64,000 bases of DNA from Candidatus Latescibacterota bacterium (GCA_965116885.1 OZ220741.1:5376001-5440000), one strand, 5' to 3'; positions 1 through 9,485 are shown, counted from the first letter of the stretch. Numbers and translations: made by a program. Notes: generated by a model not told the origin, from the letters alone.

Positions 1-1
1 G

Positions 2-754
2 GAAACCGATTAACGTACCGAATGCGAAAACAACAGCACCAAAAATAGAAAATATGCGGAGTGCTTTGTAGCGGGCGTAAGTGCGCAGACTGATCATGCC
101 CGACTTAAAGACAAATACACCCGGATTTTTGAAAAGACGCGATTCGCGCGTTTTGGGATTCGTGCGAATAGGTACAGTTTCGACAGCGAGACGGTCTTGA
201 CCCGCTTGCACAACATGCTCGGCAGTATGATCAAAATCCGTAAACATCGACAGACGCAGAACCGCTTCTCTTGAAAAGGCGCGAAAACCACTGGCGACAT
301 CGGGCACCTCAATATGGGCGAGGCGACTGATGATGCGACTACCCAAACCCTGTAGCCATCGCTTAAAAAAAGAAAAGTGGCCGATATCACCTGTCTGTCG
401 ATCTCCAATAACGATATGGGCGCGCTTCTCGAGAATGGGCTGAACAAGCGCTGCAATATCGGGACCATAGTACTGATTATCGCCATCGGTATTGACAATA
501 ATATCGGCACCGAGTTTGAGACAAGTGTCAAAACCCGCTTTGAATGCATGCCCCAGACCGCGGTTTTTGGGGAATCTGACAATATGATCCACGCCGAGAT
601 CGCGCGCGACCTCAGACGTGCGATCCGTAGAACCATCGTCAATGACCAGAATCTCGACTTTGTCAATACCGGGAACTTCGCGTGGAATATCGTTAACCGT
701 AGCGGGCAGGGTTTCTTCTTCGTTGAGGCAGGGGATTTGGACAATCAGTTTCAT
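2..754 (-). CDS. Glycosyltransferase family 2 (DPM1-like), truncated by the left window edge
   Basis: Not in the ORF track. Manual translation from ATG 754 gives MKLIVQIPCLNEEETL...VIDDGSTDRT...NRGLGHAF...VNTDGDNQY (GT2 motifs, DxD). Starts 2 nt after the herA stop. Confidence 0.9.
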   Translation of the reverse strand, partial: MKLIVQIPCLNEEETLPATVNDIPREVPGIDKVEILVIDDGSTDRTSEVARDLGVDHIVRFPKNRGLGHAFKAGFDTCLKLGADIIVNTDGDNQYYGPDIAALVQPILEKRAHIVIGDRQTGDIGHFSFFKRWLQGLGSRIISRLAHIEVPDVASGFRAFSREAVLRLSMFTDFDHTAEHVVQAGQDRLAVETVPIRTNPKTRESRLFKNPGVFVFKSGMISLRTYARYKALRIFSIFGAVVFAFGTLIGF

Positions 755-756
755 TT

Positions 757-2430
757 TTAATCGCCAAAAATAGCAGCCGATGCGGCCTCGGCCTTTTCCA
801 TTTTTTCTTCTTCGGATAAATCGCCCATCGCTTTGTAAAAAATTTCATCGTAATCGCGCGTTTTGATAACCACGGGCATAGGTACCGCATGCCCAAATAC
901 AAGGGCTTGCTGTTTGGAATCGAGACTGGCCAGAACACTTCGCAAGCCAGAGGCATTTGAAACACCTGTGAGTACCCCCTGGATGTCTTTTTCATCATTG
1001 AGCAAAGCCGTGATTTTTGTGCCGAGTTGTGAAAGCACTTCTTCGTCAATCCCCGAGGGACGCTGGTCAACCACGAGGAGCGAAACGTAGTATTTACGCA
1101 TTTCTCTGGCAATTGTACCAAAAATGGTTTGCCTTGCAGTCGCGGGATTGAGAAACTTGTGGGCTTCTTCAATGGTGATAACCAGGTGCCGCGGCTGATC
1201 TTCGGGATTTTGCGAGGCGTAAAATTTTTCGCTTTTTGTGACGTATTGTTCGTGAATGCGGCGAGAGAGAATATTCGCCACGAGCAAATACGCGAGCATG
1301 CCGGTCTGCCGACCAAACTCGAGCACAATGTGAATGCCGCGGTCGATGTAATCCATCATCGTATCGACGGCATCGGCTCCGTTGAGGCTATTGACCATAA
1401 AGGGAAAGGTTTCGAGGCGTTTGAGTTTGCGATGCAGCGCGGAAAGCGAACTTTTATTGGCACCAATATCCTCGGCAAATTGCTCGACATCGGGACCGTC
1501 AATAGAAAGCAATTGGCGCAGCCAGCGGTCTTTGTACATCGCGTAAACGAGATAGGCAGATTCAGAAGCCGTGGGATTGAGTTGCAGTTCGTCTTGCAAC
1601 GCGATAACATCTTCGACCGCGACCTGATCGTAGGTAATGTACACCTCGTGATCGGGTTGAATACCGCGCTGCCGAGACGATTCGGGATCGAGAGAAAATA
1701 GGGCCACCTGATTCCCAAAAAGCTGCTTGAGACCCTTGACAAAGCTATTTCCCTGTCCGCCCTCTTTCATAGCGCGAAAACCGTATTCGTTGTGCATATC
1801 AAAAATGAGATTGACGGCTTTCTTGTTTTTGATCAGACCGCACAAAACCAGACGCGTGAGAAAGGACTTACCCGTACCCGTTTTGCCAAAAATACCGTTA
1901 CTGCGTTCGACAAAGCGATTGAGATTGATGCACACCGGCGTATCCATATCCAATGGCGTACCCATGTTGAAAAACCGGTCGTCTTTTTCCTCGCTGCCAA
2001 AAACGCGCGATACATCCTCTTCTTCAGCTTCAACAACTTTGGAAAAATGACTGGGAATAGTTTTCACCGGACGCGGTTCATCAACGATTTCTTCGCCCTG
2101 TTCCAGCATGAGCATAGGACGCAGTGCAACGGTGACATAGGTACTGGACCCATTGAGAACGCTGTGCAACAACTGATCGCCCTCGCGCGGTGGATAAAGC
2201 AAAATTTCGGGATTGGTCGCATCCAGACTCAGGTCGGTGATCATGGAGAAAAACTGATTTTTATAGCCCTCAATAACCACAAATTTGCCAGCCTTGACGT
2301 CTTCTACACTGCGGTCGGGGTTGAGTTTCATCTCAACGCCCTCGGTCAAAGACCCTTGCGTGACAACGCCGATTTCGCCGCCATCTTGAATATTGGGCGA
2401 ACCGTTTAGATTATTCCAGAGATCGTTCAT
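757..2430 (-). CDS. herA: HerA-family (DUF87) ATPase/helicase with N-terminal HAS barrel
   Basis: Walker A GKTGTGKS, IFDMHNEY, Walker B ITIEEAHKF, IAREMRKY arginine finger, DQRPS motif; lies next to nurA. Confidence 0.9.
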   Translation of the reverse strand: MNDLWNNLNGSPNIQDGGEIGVVTQGSLTEGVEMKLNPDRSVEDVKAGKFVVIEGYKNQFFSMITDLSLDATNPEILLYPPREGDQLLHSVLNGSSTYVTVALRPMLMLEQGEEIVDEPRPVKTIPSHFSKVVEAEEEDVSRVFGSEEKDDRFFNMGTPLDMDTPVCINLNRFVERSNGIFGKTGTGKSFLTRLVLCGLIKNKKAVNLIFDMHNEYGFRAMKEGGQGNSFVKGLKQLFGNQVALFSLDPESSRQRGIQPDHEVYITYDQVAVEDVIALQDELQLNPTASESAYLVYAMYKDRWLRQLLSIDGPDVEQFAEDIGANKSSLSALHRKLKRLETFPFMVNSLNGADAVDTMMDYIDRGIHIVLEFGRQTGMLAYLLVANILSRRIHEQYVTKSEKFYASQNPEDQPRHLVITIEEAHKFLNPATARQTIFGTIAREMRKYYVSLLVVDQRPSGIDEEVLSQLGTKITALLNDEKDIQGVLTGVSNASGLRSVLASLDSKQQALVFGHAVPMPVVIKTRDYDEIFYKAMGDLSEEEKMEKAEAASAAIFGD

Positions 2431-2459
2431 AAAAGGTAGCTTCCATTCTTACTTCACAT

Positions 2460-3056
2460 TTACTGCGAAATCCGCCGCATAATAGAACTCAGGCGGTCGT
2501 AGTCGTCGCGGATAAGGCGACACAGGTCTTTGCCAATACTCACCAAATAGGGCATGTCCGAAGCACGAGCTGCCCACGCATTTCGCACCGAGGCAATGAT
2601 GAGATCGTCGGCGGGCAGGCGGTTGCCACATAAAATGCTGCGGAGAAAATCCCCACTATTGGTCAGGGCTTTAATTTCGGATTCGGTACATGGAAAAACA
2701 AAGCTGTGAATCCCGGGCGGTTGCGGTGGCAAGACCTGTTGCGGGCCCTGGTCGTCGCCATAGCCAATAATAACGGCTTCGAATTCAGTCTTGAGAAGTT
2801 CAAAAATTTGCGGCTGCTCTTCGCGCAATTCTTGTTCCGTAAGCCCATAAGCCGTGGCGCGTCGGTTGGGTTCAATAGAATGCGTACACACATTGAAAAC
2901 CAGGCCATATACAGGCAATGCACCAATAGTCTTGACAAAGGAGCCGAATGGCGGTGCGCCATTTAGCTCCCGGCTTTCAGAAGTAAATTGCGAAGTCGAG
3001 CTTTCGACAATTTCGCCAATATATTCAGTGCTGATATCAATAGAAGAAAGAGCCAT
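2460..3056 (-). CDS. Stand-alone HAS-barrel domain protein of bacterial nurA-herA loci
   Basis: IGEIVESSTSQF...PPFGSFV...EQPQIFELLKTEF...PPQPPGIHSFV pattern; sits between nurA and herA. Confidence 0.75.
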   Translation of the reverse strand: MALSSIDISTEYIGEIVESSTSQFTSESRELNGAPPFGSFVKTIGALPVYGLVFNVCTHSIEPNRRATAYGLTEQELREEQPQIFELLKTEFEAVIIGYGDDQGPQQVLPPQPPGIHSFVFPCTESEIKALTNSGDFLRSILCGNRLPADDLIIASVRNAWAARASDMPYLVSIGKDLCRLIRDDYDRLSSIMRRISQ

Positions 3057-3067
3057 AAAAAACCTCT

Positions 3068-4288
3068 CTATACAGCTGCAGCCATTTTTTTCAGTTGTTT
3101 GAGCGACTGTTCAGTTTTGATATTATTTTTTACAAAAGCGTCTTTTAAGAACTTAAAAAATATATCGCGGTCAGCCCCGCGCACAATGGCGCGTTCGTGG
3201 GATTCGGATAAGACGACGGGATATCCGCGCCCCTTATCGACCTGATCAATAACCGTGGCGTGTACGAGATCGAGCAACTCGCGGTCTTTGGCAACCCATT
3301 CGGGGATTTCGACGCGTCCAATTTCCCAACCCGTGTGTACGTAAAAAAAGCAGATGCGGTGGGGACCGTAGTCCTCGAGGATTTTAGACGCGCTGCGATA
3401 AACACCACTGCGCTCGCCGCGTTTGAGTCTCCGGGCATACAGCATATCGTCGGTAACGCCGGCAATGGGTTCACAGGGAATGGGCGCAGGCGGTTCGGAA
3501 TCCCCATCAAAATCGAGAAGATGCTGCGCTTCGGCTGCTTTCCACGGACACTTGTCGCAGTTGGGAGGCTGTTCGGGGCAAAGGCCCACGCGCAAGGCAT
3601 TGAGCACATCGGCACTGCCGGGATCTGAAATATACCCGGCAATGGGAACGCGGAGTTCGCGCAGACGCTCCAAACCAGCGAGTGTGGTCTGAAGCGTTTC
3701 GCGGCGAAAATCGTAGGGTTTGCCTTCGAGCATCCACAAAATCAGGGTGCCATCGGTCAGCCCAACACAGGTTCGGCCCTCTGCGTGCGCCAGAGCAGAG
3801 AGGGTAACTACCTTTTCGAGTTCCATCGCATTGCGCCGCACGCCAACGACTTCGCGGGTGATTGGACTGCGCTTGCCCGCCCATTCCTGATAGAGGTCGT
3901 CTTCATCGTAAAAAAGCGTTGGTTCGCTGTTTAACACCGGGCGTTCTCCCGTACCGTAATGAATGACGACATAGCCAATATTAATCAAAAAACAATTGGC
4001 GACTTCGTGCCGGTCGGGGAATATCTGAGACCCATCGGCGGCAATAACGGTGAGTTCTTTGGGGCGGTCGGGTCTTGGACACGCCTCGGCAATCGGCCCG
4101 CCGAGTTGGGCAACCAGCCAGGAAGTGCGGCTACGTGCAATTTTAATACCCAGGGTTTCCCAGGCACCTTCCCAGCGATCCATTTCGGAACATGCCAGAT
4201 CAATGCGGGCAAAAAAGTCGTCTTGCAAAGTACTGGCGTCAACCGCCATCTGGTCAATCTGGCGTTTGAGCAAACCGTAATCGAGCAT
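3068..4288 (-). CDS. nurA: NurA-family nuclease
   Basis: AADGSQI, LTDGTL, GRVEIP and GRGYPVVLSESHERA motifs. Start moved to ATG 4288 because GGAG lies upstream. Confidence 0.9.
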   Translation of the reverse strand: MLDYGLLKRQIDQMAVDASTLQDDFFARIDLACSEMDRWEGAWETLGIKIARSRTSWLVAQLGGPIAEACPRPDRPKELTVIAADGSQIFPDRHEVANCFLINIGYVVIHYGTGERPVLNSEPTLFYDEDDLYQEWAGKRSPITREVVGVRRNAMELEKVVTLSALAHAEGRTCVGLTDGTLILWMLEGKPYDFRRETLQTTLAGLERLRELRVPIAGYISDPGSADVLNALRVGLCPEQPPNCDKCPWKAAEAQHLLDFDGDSEPPAPIPCEPIAGVTDDMLYARRLKRGERSGVYRSASKILEDYGPHRICFFYVHTGWEIGRVEIPEWVAKDRELLDLVHATVIDQVDKGRGYPVVLSESHERAIVRGADRDIFFKFLKDAFVKNNIKTEQSLKQLKKMAAAV

Positions 4289-4308
4289 AAGAGGCTCCAG
4301 GGAGCGAA

Positions 4309-4866
4309 TCACACAATTGATTCATAAAAAAATTGCCGACCACCGCCGGGGACACTGCCATCGCGCACGCGGCACACGAGACCCATTTTTTGCAGGGCAT
4401 TGAGCCGATTACATGCGATATTGATATTTTTTCTCAACGCGTGGGCAAACTCGGAAGACGTACCTTTTTTTCGAGACAGAACAATGTCAAGGGCTTCTCG
4501 AATGGGCGTTTTGAGCACACCGAGCACATGAATATCGCCTTCGTCATCTTTGAAAAGCGCGGCCAGGTCGCGCAATTTGAGCACGGCCTCAAAGGTCTCG
4601 CGCACGGAATCATTGGCGTTTTGGATAAAGGTAAAGCGATTGCCAAGCTCCCCACTGCCAATACGCATAAGGAGTTTGCAAAGCAACTCGTCGGCGCATG
4701 AGATATCGATAAACGAGACATTGGCAAAGTCGAGGGGCGTAACCGCATCGTCATCGGCTGTCTGCATAAATGCCATAAGCTGATTGAGCAGGACTTCGCC
4801 TCGATCTCGCCCACTCAGAATACCCGTAGGCGTCTCAAAAACGAAAGGGGGGGTTTGTTCAGGCAT
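4309..4866 (-). CDS. STAS-like (DUF4325-type) domain fused to a C-terminal winged HTH; putative regulator
   Basis: LSGRDRG...LDFANVSFIDISCADELL resembles STAS with the D-x-S site; TSSEFAHALRKNINIACNRLNALQKMGLV...GGRQFFY resembles a wHTH. Confidence 0.7.
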   Translation of the reverse strand: MPEQTPPFVFETPTGILSGRDRGEVLLNQLMAFMQTADDDAVTPLDFANVSFIDISCADELLCKLLMRIGSGELGNRFTFIQNANDSVRETFEAVLKLRDLAALFKDDEGDIHVLGVLKTPIREALDIVLSRKKGTSSEFAHALRKNINIACNRLNALQKMGLVCRVRDGSVPGGGRQFFYESIV

Positions 4867-4934
4867 CTCATCGTCCCTTAAAATTCGGTTGAAATTCGAT
4901 TTGTGGGGATTGGGGGAACGATGGGGAAGATATT

Positions 4935-4956
4935 ACTTAATTGAATTCAGTTAAGT
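4935..4956. promoter_or_regulatory. 22-bp imperfect palindrome, candidate operator
   Basis: ACTTAATTGAATTCAGTTAAGT; 10 of 11 positions pair. Confidence 0.6.
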
Positions 4957-4962
4957 TATCGG

Positions 4963-4991
4963 AACTTAGGTGTTCTGAAATGATATGTCAA
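4963..4991 (-). promoter_or_regulatory. sigma70 promoter for the STAS-wHTH/nurA/herA operon
   Basis: TTGACA (4991-4986), 17-nt spacer, TAAGTT (4968-4963). Confidence 0.6.
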
Positions 4992-5018
4992 GTATTTTTT
5001 TGGGATTTGGTGCAGTGC

Positions 5019-5047
5019 TTGCAAATACGGCGCGTGTGAGATATATT
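5019..5047 (+). promoter_or_regulatory. sigma70-like promoter for queE
   Basis: TTGCAA-17 nt-TATATT. Confidence 0.45.
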
Positions 5048-5095
5048 TCTTTAAATACCACAGACGACTGCTAAAAAGCACAACTCTATAAAGGC

Positions 5096-5725
5096 TTGAA
5101 TGTGAACCCTCCGGCATCCAAAGATCAAATGCCCGTTTGGCGCGACACTGGTGCGATTTTGCAAGTTAATGAAATTTTCTATTCCATAGAAGGCGAGGGC
5201 CTGCGCGTGGGACAACCCACAACATTTGTCAGGCTTGCGCGTTGTAATTTGCGCTGTTTTTTTTGCGATACGGAATTTGATTCTTTTGAGGAAATGACCA
5301 TTGCTCAAATTGTCGATGAAGTCATGCATCATTCTGCAAAGTGGGTGTGTTTGACAGGGGGAGAGCCACTGGGGCAAAATATCACGCCACTGTGCAGGAA
5401 ACTCGTCAGCGCGGGTTTTCGATTGCATATCGAGACAAATGGAACGATTGATCCAGATCCAATTTTATGCGACCTGATTGAACACTGGACCGTATCGCCC
5501 AAACGGCGAAAAATTGCCGATGGCCTCACGCATATCACCGAACTCAAATACGTGGTGGGCAAAGCATTTTGCGAAACTATAGTCGATGAAAACCGAGCAA
5601 AATATATTTATTTACAACCCGAATCGAGCAAACCCCAATACATTCACAAAGCATTGGAAATTTTGTCGCGACATCCCAACTGGCGCTTATCGTGTCGCAT
5701 TCACAAAATGTTGCAATTACCATAG
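5096..5725 (+). CDS. queE: 7-carboxy-7-deazaguanine synthase (radical SAM)
   Basis: EIFYSIEGEG, FVRLARCNLRCFFCDT, LTGGEP, HIETNG, TVSPK, LQPE, WRLSCRIHK. Exact start uncertain. Confidence 0.9.
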   Translation: MNVNPPASKDQMPVWRDTGAILQVNEIFYSIEGEGLRVGQPTTFVRLARCNLRCFFCDTEFDSFEEMTIAQIVDEVMHHSAKWVCLTGGEPLGQNITPLCRKLVSAGFRLHIETNGTIDPDPILCDLIEHWTVSPKRRKIADGLTHITELKYVVGKAFCETIVDENRAKYIYLQPESSKPQYIHKALEILSRHPNWRLSCRIHKMLQLP

Positions 5726-5736
5726 GAGACAGATAC

Positions 5737-6738
5737 ATGATTAAACTGGGTATGATCGGATGTGGTGGCATGGGGGGTGCCCACATGCGGCGGTTTCACA
5801 CACTGAGTGATCGGGTCACATTGACCGCTGCTGTCGATGTTGTGCCAGAACGCGCAGAAGCAGTTGCCCAGCAATTTCCAGGAGCCTGTGTGGCAACAGA
5901 TTATCGCGAGATTTTAGACTCGGTAGATGCCGTATTGCTCGCACTACCCCACCATTTGCACTTCTCGGTAGGACATGCGTGTCTCAATGCTGGCGTTCAT
6001 GTCTTGCTCGAAAAACCCATGGCCAATTACGAAGTCGCCTGCAAAGAACTAATTGAGGCATCCGAAACCTCGGGCAAAGTGCTGATGATTGCGTATTGCA
6101 TGCGCTTTCATCCAATTGTACAGCGTTTAAAAGCATTGCTGGATGAAGGCGCGTACGGCGATGTATTTCAAGTGTCGATCTGGACCGAGCAACTCACCCG
6201 GTATCCCCCCGATCACTGGGCATCGAGCAAAGAGCGGTTGGGCGGGGGGCAGTTGTTTAGCCACGGCTGTCATTATATCGATTTATTACTCTGGTTTTTG
6301 GGACGCCCCGTGCAGGGCATGCACATGGGCACAAATTTTGGTACGCCGTGGATGGAGCGAGAAGGCACGAGCAATGTGACGATGGAATTTGAAGATGGTC
6401 GTCTGGGATATCACTTTGGCACCTGGGGCGCGCGGGGCACCCGATTGCGGTACTCGATCCACGCGCATTGCACAGAAGGTTTGCTCGATGCCGATCTCTC
6501 AGGTGGCAAACTCGTGCATATCCTGCGCGGTCAAGAGAAAGTTTTGTTCGAAGCAGAGCCGGGCAAACACACGGAAAACGAGATGGCCCATTTTCTCGAT
6601 TGCATTGAAACCGGACAAACACCGTTGACAGATGGCAGAAGCAGCTTGCAGGGATTGCGCGTGATCTGGCGGCTATATGAAGCCGAACAAGCAGGGCATA
6701 TTGCAGATTTGACGGGTTTGGGTTTAGAGGAAGTCTAA
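5737..6738 (+). CDS. Gfo/Idh/MocA oxidoreductase
   Basis: GMIGCGGMG, HVLLEKP, GGGQLFSHGCHYID; GGAG before ATG 5737. Confidence 0.9.
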   Translation: MIKLGMIGCGGMGGAHMRRFHTLSDRVTLTAAVDVVPERAEAVAQQFPGACVATDYREILDSVDAVLLALPHHLHFSVGHACLNAGVHVLLEKPMANYEVACKELIEASETSGKVLMIAYCMRFHPIVQRLKALLDEGAYGDVFQVSIWTEQLTRYPPDHWASSKERLGGGQLFSHGCHYIDLLLWFLGRPVQGMHMGTNFGTPWMEREGTSNVTMEFEDGRLGYHFGTWGARGTRLRYSIHAHCTEGLLDADLSGGKLVHILRGQEKVLFEAEPGKHTENEMAHFLDCIETGQTPLTDGRSSLQGLRVIWRLYEAEQAGHIADLTGLGLEEV

Positions 6739-6801
6739 TAAGTTTCGAAAATTCAATAAATTGAGATAGTGATTCTACCTCCACAATTGGGTAATTTCCG
6801 C

Positions 6802-6830
6802 TTGACACTCCGACACTCTTATTATAGATT
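6802..6830 (+). promoter_or_regulatory. sigma70 promoter upstream of thrS
   Basis: TTGACA-17 nt-TAGATT. Confidence 0.65.
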
Positions 6831-6958
6831 TATCAGACTTTGGCAGGTTTCTATCTTTTAATCTCATTGCTGAGGGATATCTGCGGGCGAAACTGCTCAC
6901 CGAACGGTATCACGATTTCACATTTCGCGCGCCGGCAATTCCCGAGCGCGATTTTTTT

Positions 6959-8893
6959 ATGCCCGAAAACCATTTCATAACCATTACGCTTCCCGACGGT
7001 TCGACCAAAGAAATTGAACGCGGCACAACCGTGCTACAAGTAGCCGAATCCATCGGTGCAGGCCTTGCCCGCGCAGCATTAGCCGGGCGAGTTGATGGTC
7101 AAGCGGTGGATTTGAGTTACCCGGTTGCTTCAGATGCCGCGGTTGAGATTTTGACTTTTTCCGACGATGGAGGCAAAGAGGTTTACTGGCATAGCACCGC
7201 ACATGTGATGGCACAGGCCGTGCAGGATTTGTTTCCCGATGCCAAAGTAACCATTGGTCCGCCCATTGAAAATGGATTCTACTACGATTTTGATATCGAT
7301 CGGCCGTTTACACCCGATGAACTAAAAAAAATTGAAGCGCGAATGCTGGAAATTGCCAAAGAAGACCAGCCCTTTTCTCGCGAGGAAATCTCGCGCGATG
7401 AGGCTTCTGCGCGTTTTCGTGATTTGGGTGAATCCTACAAAATCGAGCTTTTAGATGCCATTGCGCCCGAAGAGACCGTGAGCATCTACAAAAATGCCAG
7501 GTGGTTTGATCTGTGCCGGGGGCCACACCTGCCGTCAACAGGGCGCATTAAGGCCATCAAGTTGTTAAACGCATCCGGGGCTTATTGGCGGGGCGATGAA
7601 AACAACAAAATGCTACAACGCATCTACGGTATCTCATTTCCCGGCAAAAAAGAATTGCAGGCATATCTCGATAAACTCGAAGAGGCCAAACGCCGGGACC
7701 ACCGCACATTGGGCGTGCAGTTGGACCTGTATTCGATAAATGACAATGTGGGGCCAGGCCTGGTGCTCTGGCACCCTAAGGGAATGCGGATTCGTCACGA
7801 GATTGAATCATTCTGGCACAGTGCTCATTTCGACGGTGGATATGAACTGGTTGGCTCCCCTCATATTGGACGGTCCAGCCTGTGGAACACAAGCGGACAT
7901 CTGGATTTTTTTCGCGAAAATATGTACGCGCCGATGGATATCGATGGACAGGAATATTTTGCCAAACCCATGAACTGTCCATTTCACAGCATGATTTACA
8001 AAAGCCGTCGTCGGAGTTATCGCGAGTTGCCATTGCGCTGGGCAGAAATGGGAACGGTTTACCGGTATGAACCAGCGGGAGTACTGCACGGGCTTTTGAG
8101 AGCGCGCGGATTTACACAGGATGACGCGCATATCTTCTGCCGCCCAGATCAGGTCGAAAGTGAAATTAAACAGACCATAGATTTTACGCTGTTTATTCTG
8201 CGGTCATTTGGTCTCGAAGATTTTAAGATCGATATTTCCACGCGACCCGAAAAAGCCGTAGGTGACCCTCGCGATTGGGATATGGCGACAAATGCCTTGA
8301 AAGCCGCGATAGATGCACAGGGTTTAAAATATGGCATTGACGAAGGCGGCGGCGCATTTTACGGACCCAAAATTGACGTGCAAATTAGAGATGCACTGGG
8401 GCGTGAATGGCAGTGTTCGACAATTCAGTTTGACTTCAACCTGCCCGAGCGATTCGATTTGACTTTTGCCGGGCAAGATGGCAAGATGCACCGCCCTTAT
8501 ATGGTACATCGCGCGCTTTTGGGGTCAATGGAACGGTTCTTTGGCACACTCATCGAGCATTATGCCGGCAATTTCCCCGTGTGGCTGGCTCCCGTACAAG
8601 CTGTTATTTTACCTGTATCGGATCGTTTCATTGACTATGCACAGCAAGTTGCCAGACTGCTTCGAAATGACCAGGTGCGCGTTGAAGTAGATGACCAGGA
8701 TGCCAAATTGGGCTACAAAATTCGAGAGGCAGAAGTTCAAAAAGTACCCTATATGCTCATTGTTGGCGCGCGAGAAGTTGAGAATGGCACGGTGTCGGTT
8801 CGCCGTCATGGCCAGGGGGATTTGGGTACACTGAGCCTGGAAAATTTAATCGCGCGTATTCAGCAAGAGGTCGAATCCAAACAGTTTTCGTAA
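6959..8893 (+). CDS. thrS: Threonine-tRNA ligase
   Basis: TGS domain, HSTAH editing motif, DLCRGPH, KPMNCP, GAFYGPKID, anticodon-binding domain. Confidence 0.98.
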   Translation: MPENHFITITLPDGSTKEIERGTTVLQVAESIGAGLARAALAGRVDGQAVDLSYPVASDAAVEILTFSDDGGKEVYWHSTAHVMAQAVQDLFPDAKVTIGPPIENGFYYDFDIDRPFTPDELKKIEARMLEIAKEDQPFSREEISRDEASARFRDLGESYKIELLDAIAPEETVSIYKNARWFDLCRGPHLPSTGRIKAIKLLNASGAYWRGDENNKMLQRIYGISFPGKKELQAYLDKLEEAKRRDHRTLGVQLDLYSINDNVGPGLVLWHPKGMRIRHEIESFWHSAHFDGGYELVGSPHIGRSSLWNTSGHLDFFRENMYAPMDIDGQEYFAKPMNCPFHSMIYKSRRRSYRELPLRWAEMGTVYRYEPAGVLHGLLRARGFTQDDAHIFCRPDQVESEIKQTIDFTLFILRSFGLEDFKIDISTRPEKAVGDPRDWDMATNALKAAIDAQGLKYGIDEGGGAFYGPKIDVQIRDALGREWQCSTIQFDFNLPERFDLTFAGQDGKMHRPYMVHRALLGSMERFFGTLIEHYAGNFPVWLAPVQAVILPVSDRFIDYAQQVARLLRNDQVRVEVDDQDAKLGYKIREAEVQKVPYMLIVGAREVENGTVSVRRHGQGDLGTLSLENLIARIQQEVESKQFS

Positions 8894-8942
8894 TGCACCA
8901 TGCGTTTGTTAGATTCCTATATCCAACCTGGAGGTGATCGCA

Positions 8943-9485
8943 ATCAATAGAGGCTCAAGAAGTCGAGATACCAGACGAGAAATCGGACCACGCGTGAATC
9001 GGCAGATTCGCATTCCGCAAGTTCGCTTGATCGGTGAATCGGGAGCTCAAGTGGGCATTGTAGAAACGAGCAAAGCCCTGACAATGGCTCAGGGAGCCGG
9101 ACTTGATCTGGTCGAAGTTGCGCCAAATGCACGCCCACCTGTTTGCCGAATTATGGATTACGGTAAATACCGGTATGAGCGAGGGAAAAAAGCCAGAAAA
9201 AATCGTCAGAGTGCCTCGCAATTAAAAGAAATTCGGATGCGTGTTCGTATCAGCGATCACGATTATCAATTTAAGATCAGGCATGCTGAAAAATTTTTGA
9301 CCCAGCGCCATAAAGTGCGGATGGTTATTGAGTTTTTTGGACGAGAAAATGCACATCGCGATATGGGCCGCGACTTATTGCAGCGCATTGAAGACGATTT
9401 ACAACATATTGGACAGATCGAAACGCATCCCCGCGACGAAGGGCGAAAGCTCGTGATGATTGTCGCGCCAAAATCTCAGTCGTAG
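8943..9485 (+). CDS. infC: Translation initiation factor IF-3, probable ATC start
   Basis: VRLI...LDLVEVAPNARPPVCRIMDYGK; SD GGAGGTG at 8930-8936 is 6 nt before an in-frame ATC at 8943. Confidence 0.95.
   Translation: MNRGSRSRDTRREIGPRVNRQIRIPQVRLIGESGAQVGIVETSKALTMAQGAGLDLVEVAPNARPPVCRIMDYGKYRYERGKKARKNRQSASQLKEIRMRVRISDHDYQFKIRHAEKFLTQRHKVRMVIEFFGRENAHRDMGRDLLQRIEDDLQHIGQIETHPRDEGRKLVMIVAPKSQS

Noticed and set aside
94..744. 216-aa minus-strand ORF in the track
   Set aside because: Wrong frame; the real GT2 gene starts at 754 in another frame and runs off the window.
5050..5100. Possible preQ1 riboswitch upstream of queE
   Set aside because: Only CTCTATAAA resembles the 3' part; there is no matching P1 5' strand or conserved loop.
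5096..5725. queE as part of a 7-deazaguanine DNA-modification (Dpd) island with herA
   Set aside because: No dpdA, queC, queD or folE nearby, and queE is divergent with its own promoter.
6836..6958. T-box upstream of thrS
   Set aside because: No UGGNACC T-box motif, and the leader is too short for a standard stem I.
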